Shown here piece after piece: positions 12,701-21,139 of a stretch of DNA of 64,000 nt (within the stretch, counting starts at the first letter, position 1; every line of letters begins with the position of its first letter). This DNA comes from Setoptus koraiensis (lineage: Eukaryota; Animalia; Arthropoda), in NCBI GenBank assembly GCA_048013815.1, contig CM106585.1, positions 496,001 through 560,000 of the forward strand, written 5' to 3'. Below the pieces are notes generated by a model, which worked only from the letters and a program-made list of their open reading frames with translations, was not told the DNA's origin and did no database searches. The position numbers and the translations under genes are program-made.

Positions 12701-15514
12701 TCCAAAGCCAGCGAGAAGAATCAAAGCGGTAGTGCGAAACAAAGTGGATCACAATCCAATAGTGGCCTATCCTCCTTGTTAGCCAATCTCAAACAAAAGA
12801 TGTCAAGCTCAGGTTTATCAAAATCTGATAAAGCTTCATTAGATCAATCTACATCGCTGCTAGGTAAAAACTCTAACTCCTTGATCCCACAACTCCTTCA
12901 GATGCAACTAGCCAATATGAAACCTGAAATTCGAGATGCTATAATGGGTAATCCAGATAGAGCAGCGATGCTCCTGAATTCGCTTGCTAACTTACCCTCC
13001 ACAAATGTCGTTGGTCATCAAAGATCCGGTTCAACATCGACCACAGATAGTGTAACTAACAGTAAAGCATCCACCTCATCTCGAGGTCCACCGCCTGCTC
13101 ACCAGCGAGGAGCCCCGCCTGCTGCTCATGGTGACGGTCCATCTACCCGAGAATCGAGACGCAACTCACAGGATGCAAACTCTTCTTCAAGCCTAAGATC
13201 TACCAGAGGCAAAACATTAACTGCCTCCAACGACCAATTCAGTCAATCAGCAGCCATTTCTAAACCATCTTCCTCTGCCAAGATGACGAGTCGAAAACGT
13301 GGCAGGCCCAGTTCTAGCAACACAGAAAGCCAACCTACGGGTACGGACATACTAGATCTAAGCTCATTGCCCACCAAATCACAAGGTAAACAAGCTGATA
13401 ATTCTCGGGTGAGATCTCCCTCGCGAGTTTCAAGAAGATCAAGAGACTCGTCGGGCCCTGAAGAACCTGAGTTACCACCAGCGATTCCTATAAAAGCAAG
13501 TATGAAATCTCCTCACAAGCAACAATCCAAAACAAGTGAGCTAACTGAGGACAATACTGGTAGGTCAACAAGGGCGAGCAAGCGAATAGGAAGTCGCATC
13601 GATGCACTAGCCCTCAACTTGCAAGCTAAAAAGATGAGAATGGAAGGTGACTCCACTCCTAGTGGTTCTGGTGAACCATCTCCATCACTACCAACAGATA
13701 AGAGTAGTTCGCATTTTGGCTCGAATACCAGCTCATCTAGACGAGCCAGTAATTCAACTCATGCTCCGCCGACAAGTCAGTCACCAAATCCTTCTCAAGC
13801 TCCGGCAGCACACGGTGGATCCAAGTCTTCACTTTCATCTATGAATCAGGTGAAGGCACCTCCGGCGGCACACTCTTCGTCGAACTTGCAACCTAAGTAC
13901 AATAATGAATCGTTGCTCATTAAAAGTGGATCCGTTCAAGAACAAATTGGAAAATATGGCAAATCATCGTCATCCAAGTCATCTTCTTCCAGCAGGGCAT
14001 CATCTTCTAGCTCGTTCGCGGATCAGCAGAGGTTAGCAGCTGACATTATGAACCTGCCAGACATTAAAAAGCTACTCCGAGACAATCCAACTTTAAGCAA
14101 CTGGCCTTTGGCCATGAATTCACCATTCAATATACCAACCAGTGGTGCTCCGTCAATATCTGCAATGCCTCAGAATACTGAGGTACTTGAGTTACCTGAC
14201 GGAAAGAAGAGAAGCAAACGATCTGGCGAACAACAGAGTGATCACAATTCATCTCACCTCTCACGAAATGACCAGCCTAAACCAACACCATCGATTCCTC
14301 CTCTTCCTAATCTTGGGCCTGGTGTCGAAGATTTCTACAATCAATTCCTGATGAAACTCGGACAAGGCAATGCAGCCAGCACACCAAAGAATATATCAGA
14401 GTGGTTGAAAAATCCTAATCAGCTTGCGAGTTTGCTGAGTCTGGGCACACAGCAGTTACCCTTACCACCTTTCAATCAAATGTCCAGTCCATCTCTAGCT
14501 TCTTCACCGTCGCCATCTAAACATCAACAGATGGATTTCAAGACTCCAAACGAAGTGTCTGGATCGAGTCACTCTAAGCGCCTCCGCCAATCTAGCGGGT
14601 CGTCATCATCACAAGATCGTTCGCAACCTTCTTCTCACGATCGAAGAAGCTCGTCCGGCCAGGAGAAACGTTCGTCATCCTCACAAGAACGATCGAAATC
14701 ATCCACCAGCAATCCTCCTAATCAAGAACGATTCGAGCGGCAAGATAGATCACACGATCGACGTTCTTCGTCGAACACAGGCTTCTCAGGCAACAGCAAC
14801 ATGCATGAACGTGATAGCAGCTCCTCAAGACGATCATCAACATCATTGCTCGCTCAACAACAAACCCAAAATCTACCCTCTCCGCAGCAGCTACAACAAC
14901 AAGTTGGCTCAAATGCAGCCTCAAGCGGACTATCCGCTGCCACTCTAAATCTTGCCAACCAATTCCCTGGACTAAACATGAGCAGTTTGCTCAGCAATCA
15001 AAATGTGATGACCAAGGTTTTAATGGAACAGATGGCTGCCATGGCCGGCTTACCGATGCTACAACCACCAGTTCCCTCAAATGTCACCGGTGGTTCTTCA
15101 TCTGGATCCTCAGAGAAAAGCAACAAATCTAGATCTAGCTCCCAGAATCCCAACTCTAGCTCACTTGCACCACCACCAGCTTTTCCCAATCCACTGCTAC
15201 CTCCGTCATCTGGTAGCGCATCGAACAACCCCTACTTGAATCTTAATCCTAATCCATTCTTGTTCGGATTAGGCAATTTTGGAATGGGACTACCAAATCA
15301 TATGAACTTGTTCCATGGCTTGAATTTGCCTGGTCTGGGACCGATGCCAGGTCTTGATCCACAACAAGTGCCATCTGCCCAACATCAGCAGAATCAACAA
15401 CCACAGCAGCAACAACAACAATCAAATTCTTCGAGCTCCTCAGGTAAATCGAGGGATAGGCAAGACGGGTCATCACGATCGAGTGGCTCAAGTGGAAGAA
15501 GCTCGCGTAGATAG
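9724..15514 (+). CDS. kis: kismet/CHD7-like exon 2 (SANT/SLIDE-like C-terminal region plus long S/Q/P low-complexity tail)
   Basis: [54 protein letters not shown] and RWPKD...LEHIVHAVEKNEWP are all CHD7/8/kismet motifs. Joined CDS is 12,174 nt (4,057 aa plus stop). Confidence 0.93.
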
Positions 15515-15966
15515 TCTTCCAACTACTTTCAAATGTCACACTAACCTCAAACAAACAGGATTCTGATTAATCAAGAAAAAGATATTTTTAATGACTTCGG
15601 AACAGCATGGCTACACCCACACACTACCCACAAATAATACACATACACACACATTCTGAGCGGTGATAAGCTTTGAACATGAACATGGGATAGCTTTTAT
15701 CCTCCAACAAATTGAAGCATATATAGAAAAGAAAATTTCAACGAAAAATTACCATCCGATAAGATCATTTATCAATCTGAATACGCTAATGCGAGTGTTA
15801 ATAATCTCGCCAACTCGAAAAATAATACGTTTTTAGATCAATTTTCAAATGAGGCATATGGACTTAGTAATTATTATTGTAAAGATTTAGCACACTTTTC
15901 CTAACTGTAAATAGATTATTCTCAGCATTCAGGTTGAAGTTGAATGTATTTTATAAACCAAAGTAA

Positions 15967-15972
15967 AATAAA
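15967..15972 (+). terminator. Probable kismet polyadenylation signal
   Basis: AATAAA about 450 nt after the stop, with upstream TGTA motifs. Confidence 0.5.
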
Positions 15973-16137
15973 ATGACAAATACTTATGAATGAAGAGTTT
16001 TCTTCTTATATATTATCAAATCTCATAGCAGTTACTTTCGGAGATGACCATTTTTTGGGGAAGTGGAGTGACCCCGAGAGAAGAGAATCTCCTTTGCTGT
16101 TCTTTCATTTCAGCATTGCTGTATAAGTGCATTCTCT

Positions 16138-16423
16138 TCATCTATATACTGTCCGTGCGGATTTCTGTACACACACATCCTAAAGAATCTCATGGTGCAT
16201 CTCTTCAAAGAACACTCACCTGTATTGGTTTGTTGATCACTGCAGTGTTTGCCACGCACACTATTTGCGTAAAAAGCTTAATCTTGTGGCCATACCTGGT
16301 TGACCATAAGCGTTTTTTTTTTTATCAATTTGTAATCTAATAAGTAGTTAGATTACGTATTTATCTCCTGACGAATTACTTTTCGACAACATTTGCATGT
16401 GGATCTTTATTATCTGTGGACAT
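16138..16423 (-). CDS. Candidate 4-exon micro-gene (55 aa) with very short introns, divergent from POMT1
   Basis: Exons 16423-16380, 16336-16296, 16260-16220 and 16179-16138. Donors GTAATT, GTATGG and GTGAGT with TAG acceptors keep the frame open: MSTDNKDPHANVVEKLQIDKKKNAYGQPVCVANTAVINKPIQDVCVQKSARTVYR. No homologue recognised. Confidence 0.3.
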
Positions 16424-16550
16424 CCCTACTATGAAAAATAAATATTATGAAAGAGGCCCATCGACATTTAAAGACTTAGAATCATCTTTTATCTTTTGAT
16501 AGCCTTTAATATATTTAAATAGCTTTTAACATTGCTAGATACACCTCAAT

Positions 16551-18674
16551 ATGCTGTATATCAAGATTGATGCCATCCTTGTACTGATTACATTGATATC
16601 GGTCATAACTCGTTCCTACAGGTTGGATTATCCCAAATCAGTTGTATTCGATGAATTGCACTACATCAAATTTGCATCGCTTTATATGAAGCGGATCTTC
16701 TTTTTTAATTTTCAGCCGCCTCTGGGAACGCAACTAATATCATTCATTGCCTACCTATTTAATTTCTCTGGAGATTTAATTTACAATCAAATAGGAGACA
16801 CCTACAGTGACGATGTACCAATAGTAGCTCTGCGACTACTGCCCTGTATCTGTGGCTCTTTAGTAGCGCCTCTAATCTATTCCATAGCAATAGAACTCAA
16901 TTTAAGACAAACTACGGCACTATTTGCTGCAATAGCTGTGATATTAGAGAACTCATTACTTACTCAATCAAGATTTATACTCATGGATTCCATAATGATC
17001 TGTTTCATGCAACTGGGTTTGCTTAGTTTTCTCAAATTCAACAAAACAGAACCGTTAACATTCAAATGGGTTCTACTATTAAACGGAACAACTTTTTTTG
17101 CAACACTAAGCTCATTAGTCAAATACTCAGGATTGTACTCATTCTTTTTCGTCATTATACTACTCTCATTATCTATGTGGAACAACATAGGATATGCCAA
17201 ATATAGTAGCAGACAATTATGGAAACATTCATTACATTATATATTAGCCATTATATTATTTCCTATATTTATTTACTTTGCCTTGTACTATTCTCATCTG
17301 AGATGGCTCAATCAGGCTGGACCGCACGACAACATCATGACTAGTGCCTTTCAGGCTAGTCTCGAAAACGGTTTGGCCTCAATAACTAAGGGTCAACCAT
17401 TAGAGATAGTGCACGGATCACAAATCACTGTACGCAATACCCACGGGCGCGGTTGTTGGCTACATTCGCACGATCATTTGTATCCAATAAAGTATAACGA
17501 TGGCAGAGGGAGCTCCCATCAGCAACAGGTAACTTGTTACTCGTTTAAGGATGTCAACAATTGGTGGATAGTCAAGAGGCCACATGTAGAGGATTTAGTT
17601 GTTAGTGAACCGAGAGACAAAATTAAAAACGGCGACATTATACAGCTAGTGCACGGCCTCACCGGAAGACTGCTCAACTCACATGATGTGGCGTCGGCCA
17701 TGAGTCCCCATAGTCAGGAGGTGTCGTGTTATGTTGATCACAACATTTCTATGGCCGCTCAAGACAATTGGCGTATTGAATTGTTTAATTGGCAAGAGAC
17801 CAACAACCAGTGGCACACTATTAATTCTAGATTCAAGCTAATCCATTTGAACTCTAGCTTGGCGCTTAGGTTCAGCGGACGACAATTGCCGGATTGGGGC
17901 TTTCATCAGCATGAGGTCACCACGGATAGGGATTTGAAACACGAGGACGCAATTTGGAATGTTGAGGAGCACAGATTTACGAAGAGTAGCGATCAAAAAG
18001 AACGCGAATTCGATCTTGGACAGGCCGATTTTATACCATTGGAGCCTACACATTTGTCGTTCTGGGACAAATTCTTGGAGATACATTACAAAATGGTGAC
18101 TCATCAACAGGACGGAGTGAAGGATCATTTGTATGCCTGCGAGAACCCATTAGATTGGATCTTCCTCAACAAAGGCACAGCTTATTGGGTAGATCCGACA
18201 GGAACGAGCAATCGTCAGATATTCTTTTTAGGAAATGTCTATTTATGGCACATTGGAAATATTTCGTTAGCTGTAATGTGTTTTATTTGCATAACGTACA
18301 TTCTGAGAAGGCGCAGGCTCATCTTTGATTTAGATGATGACGACTGGCAAAAGTTTTGCATAATAGGAACTGTTACGATAGTAGGATATCTAGTTCATTT
18401 GATGCCTTACTTTCTATATGAGAGCACTCTATTTCTGCACAACTATTTACCAGCGCTCACGTTTAAGATACTTGTTACGGCCGCCCTTATTGATAATCTC
18501 TATAAATTCTTTCCGGGTTATGTTGTAATTGGCATAATGGTATCACTGGTATCGGTGTTGGTCAGTTGCTTTCTAAAATTTCTACCCATCACTTATGGTA
18601 TAACTGATTTAAGTAGCAATGGGCTAGTTGAGTTGAAATGGAAACCGACATGGCAGCTTATAACGATTGTATAA
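16551..18674 (+). CDS. POMT1: Protein O-mannosyltransferase 1 (rotated abdomen), intronless, 707 aa
   Basis: VVFDELHY loop with the catalytic DE pair, multiple TM helices, MIR domains with the POMT1-type GRGSSHQQQVTCYSFKDVNNWW, C-terminal LFLHNYLPAL and LKWKPTW. Confidence 0.93.
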   Translation: MLYIKIDAILVLITLISVITRSYRLDYPKSVVFDELHYIKFASLYMKRIFFFNFQPPLGTQLISFIAYLFNFSGDLIYNQIGDTYSDDVPIVALRLLPCICGSLVAPLIYSIAIELNLRQTTALFAAIAVILENSLLTQSRFILMDSIMICFMQLGLLSFLKFNKTEPLTFKWVLLLNGTTFFATLSSLVKYSGLYSFFFVIILLSLSMWNNIGYAKYSSRQLWKHSLHYILAIILFPIFIYFALYYSHLRWLNQAGPHDNIMTSAFQASLENGLASITKGQPLEIVHGSQITVRNTHGRGCWLHSHDHLYPIKYNDGRGSSHQQQVTCYSFKDVNNWWIVKRPHVEDLVVSEPRDKIKNGDIIQLVHGLTGRLLNSHDVASAMSPHSQEVSCYVDHNISMAAQDNWRIELFNWQETNNQWHTINSRFKLIHLNSSLALRFSGRQLPDWGFHQHEVTTDRDLKHEDAIWNVEEHRFTKSSDQKEREFDLGQADFIPLEPTHLSFWDKFLEIHYKMVTHQQDGVKDHLYACENPLDWIFLNKGTAYWVDPTGTSNRQIFFLGNVYLWHIGNISLAVMCFICITYILRRRRLIFDLDDDDWQKFCIIGTVTIVGYLVHLMPYFLYESTLFLHNYLPALTFKILVTAALIDNLYKFFPGYVVIGIMVSLVSVLVSCFLKFLPITYGITDLSSNGLVELKWKPTWQLITIV

Positions 18675-18728
18675 TAATAGTAGGAATATTGATTGTGTCG
18701 AGTTGATTGTCGACCCAATCTGAGCAGT

Positions 18729-18734
18729 AATAAA
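18729..18734 (+). terminator. Probable POMT1 polyadenylation signal
   Basis: AATAAA 55 nt after the POMT1 stop and 17 nt before the stop of the convergent gene. Confidence 0.55.
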
Positions 18735-18750
18735 GGAATCAAAAAAAGGA

Positions 18751-19896
18751 TTAGAGTGTCTTCATTTTTTTCGTTTTTTTCGACTTCGAGCTACCGCTAC
18801 TTTGAGAGTTTCTAGCTGAATCAGGGCTGTGGCAACTCTCATCGTCGGACATGGAAATGGGCAGTGAAGGTCTGTCATCAATGAAATGGATCTCCTTTAT
18901 GTGAATATCTACTGTGATCCTAGTGGAGAATTGCCTATTACAAAATTCACAATACAATCCCATTAGTTCATCCTCTTGAACAGGCAATGAAGCACTAAGC
19001 TCACCATGAGTTTCTGGTTTGATAGCGCTGCGTATTAGTTCGGCTCTAGTTTCATCAACACAAATCATGTTAAAAACACACGGTGCTCTGCTGTCCAATA
19101 AAAACAGCACCCTCTCATAAGCTGCCAGTATGTAGAAGGCACACATATCCGATCGTGTTTGTTGGGACATCTTGATAGGTTTGATGGAAAATTTTGGATA
19201 TAAATTCTTAAGACGTTGATACAATGGATGAGTAGATGGGTTGACACCTAACAGTACATTTAGAGCATCGGCAATCATGATACGTTTTGTCATCGTCAGA
19301 TAATTGACTAAGAAAATAACTATGTACCAGTGGTTCTCGTAGGCAATAGCCGCGATATTGATACCATCCCTGAGGGGTCTAGGTTCCTCTTTTTCTGGTA
19401 GATTTGGCTCAAATTCTATTATATTTACATTCTTGAGTTTGTTGGCATGCCTATATTGGCGCATATAATCATACATTTCCCCTTGTTTCAGCCATAGCCT
19501 TGTATTGGAGCCTGTGTGATTCCAGAGCTTACTTAATTTTGGATTTTCGAAAGCCGCGATAAGATTGACACAGTCACAGTTTTGCGCCGGCACCCACGAG
19601 GGAGGTCCTGTCCATCCTTTCCAGCGACAAAGATAGTAAACTTGTTTTCTGATCACTTGTTTGTCTAGAATCTTCTCCACCTCCCATTCGTCCTCCTTAG
19701 TTGGTGTGCTCTTGTGTATTTTTCTCTTCTCAAATTCTTTGATCAAATCGGGGCAATTACAATCTTTTGCCGGTTCCCATGTTAATTCTGAGTAGCCTTT
19801 CCATTTGATCTTGTAGTAGACAACATTTTGGAAGACTTTCTGGTCTACCACTTCCTCCACTTCATAGGTTGATTCGTCTTCAGTGTCGGATGACAT
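18751..19896 (-). CDS. Tandem chromodomain + Ulp1/SENP-like (clan CE) cysteine protease + C2H2 zinc finger protein, 381 aa
   Basis: Chromodomain 1 at aa ~10-58 (YEVEEVV..KIKWKGYSELTWEP) and chromodomain 2 at aa ~70-118 (WEVEKIL..RWKGW..SWVP). Protease motifs WLKQGEMYDYM, H189-W190, D210 and QQ-x5-C252. C316-x2-C319-x12-H332-x4-H337. Confidence 0.88.
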   Translation of the reverse strand: MSSDTEDESTYEVEEVVDQKVFQNVVYYKIKWKGYSELTWEPAKDCNCPDLIKEFEKRKIHKSTPTKEDEWEVEKILDKQVIRKQVYYLCRWKGWTGPPSWVPAQNCDCVNLIAAFENPKLSKLWNHTGSNTRLWLKQGEMYDYMRQYRHANKLKNVNIIEFEPNLPEKEEPRPLRDGINIAAIAYENHWYIVIFLVNYLTMTKRIMIADALNVLLGVNPSTHPLYQRLKNLYPKFSIKPIKMSQQTRSDMCAFYILAAYERVLFLLDSRAPCVFNMICVDETRAELIRSAIKPETHGELSASLPVQEDELMGLYCEFCNRQFSTRITVDIHIKEIHFIDDRPSLPISMSDDESCHSPDSARNSQSSGSSKSKKTKKMKTL

Positions 19897-20828
19897 GGTT
19901 CAATGAGATAATAGAAGACAATGATTGGAGTGGGCGATGATACAGGTAATCGGTCAGTGAACATGTGAGAAATTGCTACATAAGTCTGATTGCGTGTGAA
20001 TATACAATCGCTAGCTGAAAATATTTTGTGAGAGGGGGGCGAGACTGCGCACAAATTTTGAATCTCTCGACGGAACTCGCATGTTTAGCTGAATATCTGG
20101 CCGTGTTAATGCAGGGAAAAGAAGGGCCAAGATCGATAGCGACGATATTACGCTATCGGTAGCAACAAAAAAGCACGCGTTAGCAGCGACCCGCCCAATA
20201 CGCGCCAGTTTATGGGCACCCATTGTAGCTAGAGTCGTGCCGGGTCGCATGTGGACTCGGGCTTCATTCCTGGGCCATTCACTGGTCGCACTAACAAGCG
20301 CGCTCGCTAGGGTAGCCTATTTTTTCTCTGCTGTGAATTGATGAAGCACGTTAGGCCACATTGCGCGCTTGTGTGACATTTTGCCGTGCTGGTGCATCTT
20401 GTACGGCGGATTTGAGCGGACTCGTCTATGGCCAGCGCTATTCCTGTGAATAGAATCAGCAGTTGGTTGTTTTATGGCTGGCCGATTGTGATGCAGCATG
20501 TAGCATCATGTAAAATTAGCAACCAACACCGTCAACTACTGTGTCGCTATGCATACGGCCAAGAGCCCAATTAGAAAATCAAGCTATTATTAGGTAATAA
20601 GCCACGGGCACGATAAATGGACATGACGTCATGTAACAGTCATCTGGGCACCAAGAGCAGGCTTATGGAAGCTTCGCGTGGGCGATCTGTTAAAATCTAT
20701 CCGTTGAATCAATAGCCGCAGTGTAGATTATCTGGATAACGTCTGGATATTGTTGATTGTGGATGACGCCACTATTTGGCATTTCCACAGTCGAGTGACA
20801 AACAAATCATGTATTATTGATGATGTCA

Positions 20829-20949
20829 TTAGTAGTAAGACATGCGGTGCACCCAACCGCCTGGGTATTGTCTGATGAAGTATTTGCGCGTCTCGTCGTA
20901 CGCCAGCGTCAATATTGAAAAGGGAATTCCCGTTAGCCACCAGAGGATG
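20829..20949 (-). CDS. Atpalpha: Na+/K+-ATPase alpha, terminal exon (absent from the ORF track)
   Basis: After a CACAG acceptor it reads ILWWLTGIPFSILTLAYDETRKYFIRQYPGGWVHRMSYY*, matching the family C-terminus WW..FP..L..YDE.RK...R..PGGWV..ETYY. Confidence 0.93.
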
Positions 20950-21139
20950 CTGTGAGCAGGTTTTTCAGGCGAAAGATGAGTTAGCAAGAATCGGTTTATA
21001 TCAGTTGTGTAGTGTACAATCGAAATTACTCCCAGCGATGCTGATCGGCCAATCGGCCACTCACGAAACTCACAAAACTCGCAAACTCGTCAGCTAAACT
21101 CGATTGCCAATCTAACATGTCAGTGCACTAAAAGCTCAC
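20950..21139 (-). other. 190-nt phase-2 GT-AG intron of the ATPase
   Basis: AG|GTGAGC donor, CTAAC branch motif, CTCACAG acceptor. Splicing restores YPIS-ILWW. Confidence 0.92.

Noticed and set aside
16690-16730. POMT1 FFFNFQPPLG instead of FFFD(V/Q)HPPLG
   Set aside because: This position varies among POMT1 orthologues (human also lacks the His), and the catalytic DE pair is intact.
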